64,000 nt of DNA, from IMG/VR virus record IMGVR_UViG_3300044620_001243. One strand, written 5' to 3'. The notes under the pieces are model-generated. The model had not been told where the DNA came from and did not search any database. It was given only the letters and a program-made list of their open reading frames with translations. The stretch is from a virus. The translations under genes were made by a program, and so were the position numbers. Every line of letters begins with the position of its first letter. The first letter of the stretch is position 1. Shown here piece after piece: positions 29,300 to 38,430 of the stretch.

Positions 29300-29737
29300 A
29301 TGACAAAAAAAATTTATATCGCATCGGACCACGCGGGTCTTGAATTAAAAAAAATTTTAATAAATAGAATAGTAAAATCGAACATAGATTTTGAAGATAT
29401 GGGTCCATTCACATATGAACCTGTTGATTATCCAGAATTTGCCCATAAGGTGTCCGATTGTGTATCGAAAAATGGGGGCACAATGGGAGTGTTAATTTGT
29501 GGTAGTGGTAATGGTGTTGCAATGACCTCAAATAAATGGGAAAATATAAGAGCATCTCTTTGTTGGAGTAGAGAAATTGCGAGTTTAGCTAGGTCACATA
29601 ACGATTCGAATGTCTTATGTATACCTGGAAGATTTTTATCAGTTGAAGACGCTATCGATATTTTGGATTATTTTATACACACACCCTTTGAAGGTGGAAG
29701 ACACGAAAATAGAGTCAAAAAAATAAACAAAACATGA
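29300..29737 (+). CDS. rpiB: ribose-5-phosphate isomerase B / sugar-phosphate isomerase (RpiB/LacAB)
   Basis: IASDHAGLELK, ICGSGNGVAMTSNK, SREIASLARSHNDSNVLCIPGRF. Confidence 0.8.
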   Translation: MTKKIYIASDHAGLELKKILINRIVKSNIDFEDMGPFTYEPVDYPEFAHKVSDCVSKNGGTMGVLICGSGNGVAMTSNKWENIRASLCWSREIASLARSHNDSNVLCIPGRFLSVEDAIDILDYFIHTPFEGGRHENRVKKINKT

Positions 29738-30498
29738 ACGTAACAATTCTTCAAACCGACATCAAGTGGAATGATGTTATTTATAATAGAAATAGAATAG
29801 AAAATAATTTAATTGATTTAAAAGACAGTGATTTAGTTATTCTTCCTGAAATGTTCACAACGGGGTTTAACATGAACCCATCTGAATCATTCGAAACAAT
29901 GGAAGGGGATACAGTTAACTGGATGAAAAAAATATCAAACGATAACGGTTTTGCGATTTGTGGGTCGATTATAATTAAAGAAAACAATAAATTTTACAAT
30001 AGATTTTTGTGGGTTGAACCAAATGGCACAGTTAAGTCTTATGATAAAAGACATTTATTTTCTTATTTGGGTGAAAATGTTAATTATGTTAAAGGTAACA
30101 AAAAAGTTATTATAGAATATAAAGGTTTTAAATTTTTACCTTTAATTTGTTATGATTTGAGATTTCCTGTTTTTTCAAGAAACAGTGAAAATTATGATGT
30201 TTTAATTTATATTGCAAATTGGCCATCAAAAAGAATAGATTCATGGGGAAACTTATTAACCGCTAGGGCGATTGAAAACCAATCTTACGTATTTGGGGTA
30301 AACAGGGTGGGTGAAGATGAGAATGGATTAACATACAGTGGTATGTCTCAAATCATTGACCCAAATGGAAACAAAATAATAATTATGTTACACATTGAGG
30401 GTAAATACACCTATACAATTGAAAAAGACCACATATCACAGATAAGGTCTGAATTTCCCTTTTTAAAAGACAAAGATTATTATCAACTATATATGTGA
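29734..30498 (+). CDS. carbon-nitrogen hydrolase (nitrilase superfamily, omega-amidase-like)
   Basis: LPEMFTTGF (Glu), KRHLF (Lys), ICYDLRFP (Cys) catalytic triad context. Confidence 0.8.
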   Translation: MNVTILQTDIKWNDVIYNRNRIENNLIDLKDSDLVILPEMFTTGFNMNPSESFETMEGDTVNWMKKISNDNGFAICGSIIIKENNKFYNRFLWVEPNGTVKSYDKRHLFSYLGENVNYVKGNKKVIIEYKGFKFLPLICYDLRFPVFSRNSENYDVLIYIANWPSKRIDSWGNLLTARAIENQSYVFGVNRVGEDENGLTYSGMSQIIDPNGNKIIIMLHIEGKYTYTIEKDHISQIRSEFPFLKDKDYYQLYM

Positions 30499-30544
30499 TT
30501 CAATTGAACATGGTTGCATAATATAAATTTTATTTTTAATTCAT

Positions 30545-30567
30545 CGGTAAAATTTTACCGATTTTTT
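30545..30567 (+). terminator. rho-independent terminator (AT-rich stem)
   Basis: Palindrome CGGTAAAATTTTACCG followed by ATTTTTT, after the nitrilase gene. Confidence 0.45.
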
Positions 30568-30596
30568 GGTTTTTACGAAAAAAACCACTATATTTG
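30565..30596 (+). promoter_or_regulatory. Bacteroidota-type promoter
   Basis: TTTG, 20 nt, TATATTTG. Confidence 0.5.
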
Positions 30597-30623
30597 ACTG
30601 TAATTTGAAAATTAAAAAACGTT

Positions 30624-31046
30624 ATGAAGATAACTCAATCAATGAAGTTAAATGATTGGACCTACAATCAAAAAAGAAATGTCGTTTCAAGGGCAATTAA
30701 ATGGTGTAAAGAAAATATTAAATCAAATAAGAAAAGTAAAATTCCATTAACATATGTTGTAAAAAAATACGAAAAAGATAAAATAACCTACGGAGGTTAT
30801 AGTCATGATTATAATAGAATATTTATTTACTTTAAAAATATAAATAATTTAAAATTATTATTGTGTACAGTAATTCATGAATACCAACATTCAACTCAAC
30901 CAATGATAGTAAAATATAATTTGTATTCAAAAAAATATGGTTATTGGAAAAATCCATTAGAAATTGAAGCGAGAGACGCAGAAAAGAAGTATTTTCGCGA
31001 ATTGTATAAACACATTAAAAAAACACAAAATGAAAACCAAAATTGA
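30624..31046 (+). CDS. hypothetical protein with HExxH motif
   Basis: 140 aa; VIHEYQH; promoter 30565-30596 upstream. Confidence 0.4.
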   Translation: MKITQSMKLNDWTYNQKRNVVSRAIKWCKENIKSNKKSKIPLTYVVKKYEKDKITYGGYSHDYNRIFIYFKNINNLKLLLCTVIHEYQHSTQPMIVKYNLYSKKYGYWKNPLEIEARDAEKKYFRELYKHIKKTQNENQN

Positions 31047-31149
31047 GTTTATTATAAATCTAATCATTAGTTCAACTTCGATTATTGCTTTTTCAATTCT
31101 TGTTTATGGGGTATACACCTTAATAAATGATATGTTTAATAGAGGATGA
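31030..31149 (+). CDS. small membrane protein
   Basis: 39 aa from internal ATG of track ORF 30964; single TM helix. Confidence 0.3.
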   Translation: MKTKIEFIINLIISSTSIIAFSILVYGVYTLINDMFNRG

Positions 31150-31817
31150 TTTTAATATCTAAATTAAAAAAAACCATGAAAAGTAAATTCGAATTCAAAG
31201 ACAATCGTTCTTTTAGTGTAAAGATGAAAGATTTTGCTCAATCTCTACTTTTTTGGAAAGGTAGAAAAAAAGGAATGATTTACACTCGTGATATTGTGTG
31301 GGGTGATATTCGTGAAATATTCTTTCCTAAAAACTTTGAGGAAAAATATGGTTATTTAGGTTCGGTTCCTTATGACCCGAGGACAAATACTTTTAAGGCA
31401 CTTTTACCCTTAGTTCTTGCTATGGATTACGAAGCAAAACCTAAATGGTGTCCTCGTTGGGTATTGAGATTTCTTTATGTATTTGGTGATGATAAATCTA
31501 TGGTAAGGGTTCGTAATAGGTTTTTATCTAATTTATCTAAAAAACTAACCAAAGGAATTACATTATACGATTACAAGACTAAATGGTCGTACTATGATTT
31601 AAGGATTAGTATTGGTGCTCCCCAATATCTACAAGATTTGGCCGATGACATTGAGCATGGTTATTACCAAAGAGGTAGGAGAGAAGAACTATTGAGTAAT
31701 ATCAAAAAGTATGAACCAGATTTTAATAAATGGATGACCATAAAAGAATTAGGTGAATATTTGGATGGTTTATCAGAAAAAAAAATAGTTAGAAAAAATG
31801 ATGAGGAGGGCGATTAA
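31146..31817 (+). CDS. hypothetical protein
   Basis: 223 aa ORF; same frame as 31818-32075 with only one TAA between them. Confidence 0.5.
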   Translation: MILISKLKKTMKSKFEFKDNRSFSVKMKDFAQSLLFWKGRKKGMIYTRDIVWGDIREIFFPKNFEEKYGYLGSVPYDPRTNTFKALLPLVLAMDYEAKPKWCPRWVLRFLYVFGDDKSMVRVRNRFLSNLSKKLTKGITLYDYKTKWSYYDLRISIGAPQYLQDLADDIEHGYYQRGRREELLSNIKKYEPDFNKWMTIKELGEYLDGLSEKKIVRKNDEEGD

Positions 31818-31877
31818 ATTAGAGATGAAGCAGATAAAATACTGAGCGAAGGTAGAAACAAACTCCTACAAGAAGAT

Positions 31878-32075
31878 TTGGGTAAAAATGGAAGTTATAG
31901 TATTTATAACCCCAATGAAGTAGATGAAAGTTGTAGGGTTGCTTTTGACTTGATACAGGTTATTAGACATGAATTTTGGAAAAACGAACCAAACAGAAGT
32001 AGCATAACTGTCGATTCATCAGTACATTTGAGAACAAAGGAATCAGGTAAAATTAAATGTAAAATAGATGTCTAA
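31878..32075 (+). CDS. hypothetical protein (TTG start, or read-through extension of 31146-31817)
   Basis: Frame is open from 31818; no ATG start available. Confidence 0.3.
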   Translation: MGKNGSYSIYNPNEVDESCRVAFDLIQVIRHEFWKNEPNRSSITVDSSVHLRTKESGKIKCKIDV

Positions 32076-33363
32076 ATACAAACCCATAGGGATTACACCC
32101 AAAGAAAAAGCAGACCAGTTGTTAGAATCTGTTATGTTTAGTCTAAATAAACAATTTGACCCAAACACAGGTGAATATCAACCAATCCCAACCAACCCGC
32201 ATTATAAAGAATGCGCATTAGCAATTGTAAACGAAATCTTTGAGTTTATTAAAAAAGATGATTTAGATTCCGAAACGGCGTATTGGGCAAATCATCCTAT
32301 TTCTAATTTTTGGGTTGAAGTTGAACGTGAAATTAAAAAACAAATGAATTTGATTCAAATTTTAGAGAATTATTTTCAAAAAGGTTGGTTGATTAAACAA
32401 ACTCACCCAACTTTACCTCTGACAATTTGGAATTATTCCCAAACAACCCAATACGAGGGTAGGTGGGATGAAATAACCCTCATGTGTAGAGGTTTGGTTA
32501 CAGATGATGATGGAAATATTGTTGCCAGACCTTTCAAGAAGTTTTTCAATTTAGAAGAGGGAAAACACACACCAACCTCAGAATTCGAAGTATATGAAAA
32601 GATGGATGGTTCTTTGGGTATTTTCTTTTATTATCAGGAGCAACCCGTTTTTGCATCCAGAGGTTCTTTCACTTCCGACCAAGCCATCAAAGGAAGAACT
32701 CTTTTAGATAAGTATAATTGGCAAGGTGGAACTTACCCTGGCTACACTTACCTATTTGAGATTCTTTACCCGGAAAATCGGATAGTAGTAAATTACGGTG
32801 ATTTAGAAGAACTGGTTGTTTTGGGTGTGCTCAATACCCAAACTGGAGAAGAGTGTGATTTTTCAGAAATGAAAAACGAAGGATTCGTTCTAGTTAAAAA
32901 ATACGATGGAGTTAAAGACTATACCAAATTAAAGAGTATGATTTTTAACAATCAAGAAGGGTTTGTTGTAAAGTTTTCAAACGGAAATAGGGTAAAAATC
33001 AAAGGAGAAGAATACTTGCGTCTTCATAAGATTATGACTGAAGTTTCGACTAAATCTGTTTGGGAGATTTTATCCAATGGTGATAATATGGAAGAGATAC
33101 TCAGAGATGTTCCTGATGAATTTTTTGATAAGGTCAAGGAATATGAAACAGAACTTGTTTCTAAATTTGATGATATAAAGAATGAATACACTTGGATTTA
33201 TAAAGTTTTAGAAAGAAACGAGGAAATTTCAGAAAATAGAGCTATCTTTGCCCAATACGCTAAAAGATACAAACACCCATCCATTTTATTTGGTCTATTG
33301 GACGGTAAAAATATAGACCCTATGATTTGGAAAATAATACAACCCGAATATAAAAAACTATGA
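32068..33363 (+). CDS. rnlA: RNA ligase, T4 RnlA (Rnl1) family, with about 92-aa N-terminal extension
   Basis: CRGLV...IVARPFKKFFN, adenylylation motif I YEKMDGSL (T4: KEDGSL), SRGSFTSDQA, FEILYPENRIVVNY, EGFVVKF..G.RVKIKGEEYLRLH all parallel T4 Rnl1 as recalled. Confidence 0.85.
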   Translation: MSKYKPIGITPKEKADQLLESVMFSLNKQFDPNTGEYQPIPTNPHYKECALAIVNEIFEFIKKDDLDSETAYWANHPISNFWVEVEREIKKQMNLIQILENYFQKGWLIKQTHPTLPLTIWNYSQTTQYEGRWDEITLMCRGLVTDDDGNIVARPFKKFFNLEEGKHTPTSEFEVYEKMDGSLGIFFYYQEQPVFASRGSFTSDQAIKGRTLLDKYNWQGGTYPGYTYLFEILYPENRIVVNYGDLEELVVLGVLNTQTGEECDFSEMKNEGFVLVKKYDGVKDYTKLKSMIFNNQEGFVVKFSNGNRVKIKGEEYLRLHKIMTEVSTKSVWEILSNGDNMEEILRDVPDEFFDKVKEYETELVSKFDDIKNEYTWIYKVLERNEEISENRAIFAQYAKRYKHPSILFGLLDGKNIDPMIWKIIQPEYKKL

Positions 33364-33773
33364 AATACTCAATTTACTTAGATGATGTGAGGACACCCAT
33401 TCCGGGTAATATAGACTGGATTGTTGTCAGAAGCTACGACGAGTTTGTGAGTAAAGTCACCCAAATCGGTCTTGACAACATAGACCTTATTTCCCTCGAC
33501 CATGACCTTGGCGACTCTGCTATGAAGGAGTGGCACACAAATGTCTATCACAACTACACGCTGGATTACAACAACATTACAGAAAAAACAGGTATGGACT
33601 GTGCAAAATGGTTGGTTAATCAGTGGCTGGACGGTGCTCCCGTGGTGAAAGTTATGGTTCATTCTGCAAACGCTATCGGCTCGGCTAATATGATGGGTTA
33701 CATCAACAATTACAAGCATGTGCATAGAATGATACAAGATTGCCAAAGGTGGGTAGTTCCACACACGGTTTGA
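33360..33773 (+). CDS. receiver-like domain protein of the type found next to RNA-repair genes
   Basis: IYLDDVR...W..VRSYDEF...ISLDHDLG pattern, recalled as a 'cyclic-phosphate processing receiver'-like domain (low certainty). Confidence 0.4.
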   Translation: MKYSIYLDDVRTPIPGNIDWIVVRSYDEFVSKVTQIGLDNIDLISLDHDLGDSAMKEWHTNVYHNYTLDYNNITEKTGMDCAKWLVNQWLDGAPVVKVMVHSANAIGSANMMGYINNYKHVHRMIQDCQRWVVPHTV

Positions 33774-33811
33774 TTTTTTGGGAATTTTTTTGTATGTTTG
33801 TGTAAAATGAA

Positions 33812-34021
33812 ATGATGAAAAAATTGTTGTTCCTGATATGTTTTTTCACAATCTCCTGCAATAATGAACGTCCGTGGCGAGTCATTGAGGTGAGACAAAA
33901 AAGTGAAATGTGTGAGTACGTTCTGAGCCGCAGTAACGGACTAGGTCCACAGTTAAAAGAAGTAATCGACACTTGTGGAAAATACCAATGGAATCAAGTA
34001 ATTCAAAACAAAGACCTATGA
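33812..34021 (+). CDS. small lipoprotein
   Basis: MMKKLLFLICFFTISC signal peptide plus lipobox. Confidence 0.5.
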   Translation: MMKKLLFLICFFTISCNNERPWRVIEVRQKSEMCEYVLSRSNGLGPQLKEVIDTCGKYQWNQVIQNKDL

Positions 34022-34446
34022 AACAATACTTAGAGTGGCTTGAAAAACAAATTGACTTTTATTTAGAGGATAAAACGATGCAAAGAGAACATTGGGCTTT
34101 TTGTAAGGCATACGAGAAGTTCAAAAGCCTTGAAACGACCGCTGAATCAGAAGAACTCACACCCTACATTGAATACTACTCCAACGGAAATGTATCTATT
34201 AAAGGACAATTGAACTCCAAAGGACAAGAAGAAGGTCTTTGGGAGTGGTTCTATCCAAACGGAAACATCGAATGGAGAACCCCATACAAGGAGGGTAAGA
34301 TGGATGGAATTGAGGAGCGGTTTGATAAACAAGGAAACATCAAATGGAGAATCCCATACAAAGAGGGAAGGAGGATGGGATTGAGGAGGAATTTGATGAA
34401 CGAGGAAACATCACCGAAACCCATATTTGGAAAGATGGAGAACTAA
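34018..34446 (+). CDS. MORN/YwqK-type repeat protein, frameshifted at its last repeat
   Basis: Repeats YYSNGN..G.W.WFYPNGNIEWRTPYKEGKMDGIEE; after about 34368 the conserved repeat continues in another frame (ending 34454). Confidence 0.55.
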   Translation: MKQYLEWLEKQIDFYLEDKTMQREHWAFCKAYEKFKSLETTAESEELTPYIEYYSNGNVSIKGQLNSKGQEEGLWEWFYPNGNIEWRTPYKEGKMDGIEERFDKQGNIKWRIPYKEGRRMGLRRNLMNEETSPKPIFGKMEN

Positions 34447-34470
34447 TTGAATAAACTAAACACTAAACCT

Positions 34471-34719
34471 ATGAAAGACGGACAAACAATCGGCCAATGG
34501 CTGAACTGGGACTTTGAGGACAATGGTAACCTTAATGTTAAAGACAAGAATGGCAATCTCATCTACCAAGAATCTCCAAGTGGCTTTTGGGATAGGCGCG
34601 AATTTAATTCGAATGGCTTTGTCATCTACTATGAAAATTCAGATGGTGTCATTACTGACAACCGCACTCCCGAAATCATCGAACACAACGGACGCAAATA
34701 CCAATTAATTCCTAACTAA
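34471..34719 (+). CDS. hypothetical protein
   Basis: 82 aa from ATG 34471 (track ORF starts at TTG 34447). Confidence 0.45.
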   Translation: MKDGQTIGQWLNWDFEDNGNLNVKDKNGNLIYQESPSGFWDRREFNSNGFVIYYENSDGVITDNRTPEIIEHNGRKYQLIPN

Positions 34720-34725
34720 AACAAA

Positions 34726-35382
34726 ATGAAACTAATTTTAGAAAAAGACCAAAGATTATTTTTTACTAGTGATACCCACTACAATCACTCTAATATTTGT
34801 AGGGCAACTACAAAATGGGAGGACAGTTATGATGCCACTCGTGATTTTAAATCTTTAAGTCACATGAACGACAGTATTGTTCAGAATATTAATGATTTGG
34901 TAAAAGAAAATGATGTTTTAATCCACATGGGAGATTGGTCATGGGGTGGATTTGAATATATTGAAGAATTTCGAAAAAGGATTGTTTGTAAAAACGTTCA
35001 CTTAGTTTTTGGAAACCATGATGAACATATTAAAAAAAATACAGAAAACATTCAAGATATATTCACATCAACTCATGATTATTTACATTTGGATGTTAGA
35101 CAACCTTCCTCAACCAACAAAGGGTCAGTAAATAAGTTTGAATTTATTTGTATGCACTATCCTATTGCTAGTTGGGATGGTTTGTACCACGGTACAATTC
35201 ATTTACATGGTCACACACATCTAACTCCTAACTCTAGAATTTCACAAGGAAAAGCAATGGATGTTGGTGTAGATGGTAACGAGTATAAACCTTTACTTAT
35301 GCAAGAGATTATTGTTATCATGGGAAATAGAGAAATAAATCACCTTTGTTTACCAAAAGACCGTAACGAAAAAAGAATTTGA
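34726..35382 (+). CDS. calcineurin-like metallophosphoesterase
   Basis: SDTHYNH, MGDWSWG, FGNHDEH, MHYP, LHGHTH motif series. Confidence 0.75.
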   Translation: MKLILEKDQRLFFTSDTHYNHSNICRATTKWEDSYDATRDFKSLSHMNDSIVQNINDLVKENDVLIHMGDWSWGGFEYIEEFRKRIVCKNVHLVFGNHDEHIKKNTENIQDIFTSTHDYLHLDVRQPSSTNKGSVNKFEFICMHYPIASWDGLYHGTIHLHGHTHLTPNSRISQGKAMDVGVDGNEYKPLLMQEIIVIMGNREINHLCLPKDRNEKRI

Positions 35383-35783
35383 AAATTATGAAAAATCTAA
35401 TATTATTAAGGGGTTTACCTGGTTCGGGAAAATCGACAGTCGCAAAAATGTTGGTCAACAAAGACTACTGTCATAAAGAAGCAGATATGTTTTTCGTCGA
35501 CAGAGAAGGCAACTATAAGTTCGAGCCGTCGAAAATCAAAGACGCACACGCTTGGTGCCAAGAAGAAGTTGAGTTCTTGTTGAGACTCGAACACACGCCG
35601 GTGGTTGTTTCCAACACATTCACACAAGAATGGGAGATGGAAGCTTATTATAAGTTGGCCAAAGATTACGGTTACACAGTTTTCTCATTGATTGTTGAAA
35701 ACCGACACGGCGGAAGGAATATTCACGGTGTTCCTGATGATAAGTTAGAAATTATGAAAAACAGATTTGAAATAAAATTATGA
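35379..35783 (+). CDS. P-loop polynucleotide-kinase-like kinase (PNK/N4BP2 clade)
   Basis: LLRGLPGSGKSTVAK Walker A, EADMFF, VVSNTFTQEWE; about 134 aa stand-alone kinase. Confidence 0.6.
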   Translation: MKIMKNLILLRGLPGSGKSTVAKMLVNKDYCHKEADMFFVDREGNYKFEPSKIKDAHAWCQEEVEFLLRLEHTPVVVSNTFTQEWEMEAYYKLAKDYGYTVFSLIVENRHGGRNIHGVPDDKLEIMKNRFEIKL

Positions 35784-36130
35784 AAGAAAAACAAATTGAT
35801 AAGTTATACCTAGACAGATTCATCGATTCGATGGAGAATGATTATGAAAATTGGAAAATGGACCATTACGCCGGACCAGGGATGTCATGGGCAGAATTTC
35901 ATAGTCCAACTTATGAAAAAGAAAATGGAGGAAGGTTATCTTTTGGTTGGAGTTCAAATCATATTGGTGCCTGGGTGAACGGTCATTTTTCTTGGAAAAT
36001 ACCGTTTGCTGTTTTGAATCCATTCAATCCTATTTTTTGGAAATTCAGAAGGGCCGAAAAAAGAATGAAAAATTATTTGAGAAGTAAAGAAAAAGAGTTA
36101 TATTTGGATAATTTAAAAAACGTATTGTAA
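35780..36130 (+). CDS. hypothetical protein
   Basis: 116 aa ORF, ATGA overlap. Confidence 0.5.
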   Translation: MKEKQIDKLYLDRFIDSMENDYENWKMDHYAGPGMSWAEFHSPTYEKENGGRLSFGWSSNHIGAWVNGHFSWKIPFAVLNPFNPIFWKFRRAEKRMKNYLRSKEKELYLDNLKNVL

Positions 36131-36669
36131 TGATTAAACTATATTATATAATACTCAAAGATAAAATCCGGTCTTGGAAAAACTTTATCAAAAATATTTG
36201 GTTATTTAGAAAGGAGCTTACTGATTTTCATTGGTGGGATTATAGTGGTCTAATTCAATTTATGAACACAGGCATTAATGAAATGGTTAATGGGATTGAG
36301 AATAAAGGTAGTGAGATTAAGTCCACTAAAATGAAAAAAGTGGACAAAATGAGGCGTGCTTGTGAGATTTTACAAAACCATATAGATGATAACTACACCA
36401 CAATGGCTGAAAACATTTTGGGTAAACTTTACGATTCTGAAATTAAATTTGTTCCTTTGGAAGATAGACCTGATTTATTTAGATATGAAGATGGTTTAAC
36501 TGAAGAACAAAGTGAACACAACTTAAAAGTTTTTTTAAAATCTCGTGAACTTGAAGTTAAGGAATGGGAAGAATTTTGTGAAATAATTAAAGGACAGGGA
36601 GATTTTTTCGAACAAGATAGTTGGGAGGAAGAGTTTGATGGTTCGGGACTTAAAAATTGGTGGAATTAA
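36130..36669 (+). CDS. hypothetical protein
   Basis: 179 aa ORF. Confidence 0.5.
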   Translation: MIKLYYIILKDKIRSWKNFIKNIWLFRKELTDFHWWDYSGLIQFMNTGINEMVNGIENKGSEIKSTKMKKVDKMRRACEILQNHIDDNYTTMAENILGKLYDSEIKFVPLEDRPDLFRYEDGLTEEQSEHNLKVFLKSRELEVKEWEEFCEIIKGQGDFFEQDSWEEEFDGSGLKNWWN

Positions 36670-36691
36670 AATTTTCAAAGCATAAAAAATT

Positions 36692-36982
36692 ATGAAAATA
36701 GAAATAAACAAAACATATTTAACAAAGCACGGTCGATTTGTGAAAATGGTATGTGAGCCTTGGTCCGGAGTATTTAACGGTGAATATGAAGAAGATGGAA
36801 GAGGGGGGGATATGGTTCCCAGATATAAAGAAGATGGAAAAGCGTGGAATGTTTTTTTTACCATGGGGGGTGTTTATTTTCCCGAACACGACATCATAAT
36901 GGAAGATAGTGCTGAAGCAAGAAAACTTGCTCAAGAAATGAAGTTAGAAAGAAAGAGGAAAGCATACGAAGAAACTAATTAA
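36692..36982 (+). CDS. hypothetical protein
   Basis: 96 aa ORF. Confidence 0.45.
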   Translation: MKIEINKTYLTKHGRFVKMVCEPWSGVFNGEYEEDGRGGDMVPRYKEDGKAWNVFFTMGGVYFPEHDIIMEDSAEARKLAQEMKLERKRKAYEETN

Positions 36983-37006
36983 GTATTAATTTTTAATCGA
37001 AAAAAT

Positions 37007-38032
37007 ATGAAAAAACTAGAATTAACAAAAGACGAATTGGAAAAACTTTATTATCTCCCCCCAAAGGATGTTGAGAAAGAAACAGAATTCCAAATAACCT
37101 ATCGAATGGGTAGAAACTCATTAGTGTTGGAGTTGATAAAAAAGATAGATGAGGAACTCACACCCTACATTGAATACCACGACAACGGAAATGTGTGGAT
37201 TAAAGGACAAGAGAACTCCGTAGGACAACGAGAAGGCATTTGGGAGTATTTCTGGGTGAACGGAAACATCGAAAGGAGAATCCCTTTTAAAGAGGGTAAG
37301 GTGGACGGTATTCAGGAGGTTTTCTATCCAAACGGGAACATCGATTTTAGAACCCCATTCAAAGATGGTAATATGGATGGAATTCAGGAGTGGTTTGATG
37401 AACAAGGAAACATCACCAAAACCACTCTATGGAAAAATGGTGAAGTAATTGAAGAAACTGAACCCGAACTCACACCATACGTTGAATACCACGACAACGG
37501 AAATGTAGCGGTAAAAGGACAAAAGAACTCCGTAGGACAGGAAGAAGGTATTTGGGAGTTCTTCTATTCAAACGGAAATATCCAATATTCAAACGGAAAT
37601 ATCCAATGTAGAACCCCATACAAAGAGGGTAAGGCGGATGGTATTCAGGAGGTTTTCTATGAAAGCGGAAACATCCATTGGAGAACCCCATACAAAGAGG
37701 GTAAGAGGGATGGAATTGAGGAGTGGTTCTATGAAAACGGAAACATCGAATGGAGAACCCCATACAAGGAGGGTAAGATGGATGGAATTGAGGAGCGGTT
37801 TGATAAACAAGGAAACATCAAATGGAGAATCCCATACAAAGAGGGAAAACTGATTGAAGAAACTAAACCCAAACCACAACCTGACCCACAACTAATTGAT
37901 TTTATGGCAATGAGATACAGACATGACTTTGGGTTTTTGGATGAAAAACACAAAGAATCCATCAGAATAACAATGAAACAACTTTGGGAAGAAGTTGTTG
38001 GTCTTGGATTTTATAAACCAAAATCAAAATAA
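37007..38032 (+). CDS. MORN/YwqK-type repeat protein
   Basis: 341 aa; about 9 tandem roughly 23-aa repeats (G.W..F..NGNI..R.P.K.GK.DGI.E.F). Confidence 0.7.
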   Translation: MKKLELTKDELEKLYYLPPKDVEKETEFQITYRMGRNSLVLELIKKIDEELTPYIEYHDNGNVWIKGQENSVGQREGIWEYFWVNGNIERRIPFKEGKVDGIQEVFYPNGNIDFRTPFKDGNMDGIQEWFDEQGNITKTTLWKNGEVIEETEPELTPYVEYHDNGNVAVKGQKNSVGQEEGIWEFFYSNGNIQYSNGNIQCRTPYKEGKADGIQEVFYESGNIHWRTPYKEGKRDGIEEWFYENGNIEWRTPYKEGKMDGIEERFDKQGNIKWRIPYKEGKLIEETKPKPQPDPQLIDFMAMRYRHDFGFLDEKHKESIRITMKQLWEEVVGLGFYKPKSK

Positions 38033-38038
38033 TGAAAT

Positions 38039-38338
38039 ATGAATAAAATTAAATTTTACAGGGATTCTCATAGCATTTCCCGAGATATGTATGAACATAT
38101 TAATGACCCATCTTTGGTAGATGAATTAGATAAATGGGAATCGGTTCGATATAGAATGAGTGATGAAGGAATTGAATATTGTTTTAAACATTATTCTACT
38201 TTTAGTGAAATTGAAGATGAACAATTCCATTCAAAACGTGAAAAACTAATTGAACTGATGGTAGACATAGAAGAATATGTCCAAAATAAAATCACAGAAA
38301 TAAAAGACGAAATAACCAAACTAACAGAAGATGAATAA
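38039..38338 (+). CDS. hypothetical protein
   Basis: 99 aa ORF. Confidence 0.45.
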   Translation: MNKIKFYRDSHSISRDMYEHINDPSLVDELDKWESVRYRMSDEGIEYCFKHYSTFSEIEDEQFHSKREKLIELMVDIEEYVQNKITEIKDEITKLTEDE

Positions 38339-38380
38339 AATCGAAAAAGCAATTTACGACACAAAACTCCATATTGAAAA

Positions 38381-38412
38381 GTTGGAAAATCAAAATTTAC
38401 TTCGTATATTTA
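38381..38412 (+). promoter_or_regulatory. Bacteroidota-type promoter
   Basis: GTTG, 20 nt, TATATTTA. Confidence 0.45.
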
Positions 38413-38430
38413 CACCATAATTAAATCTCT

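Noticed and set aside
33378-33764. 128-aa antisense ORF, other antisense or alternate-frame ORFs in 33.3-38 kb and 57.5-58.8 kb, and alternate-frame ORFs in the DUF4116 genes (53727, 53955, 55078)
   Set aside because: They are fully nested in better-supported + strand genes that carry recognisable motifs. They arise from relaxed AT bias or from repeat periodicity.
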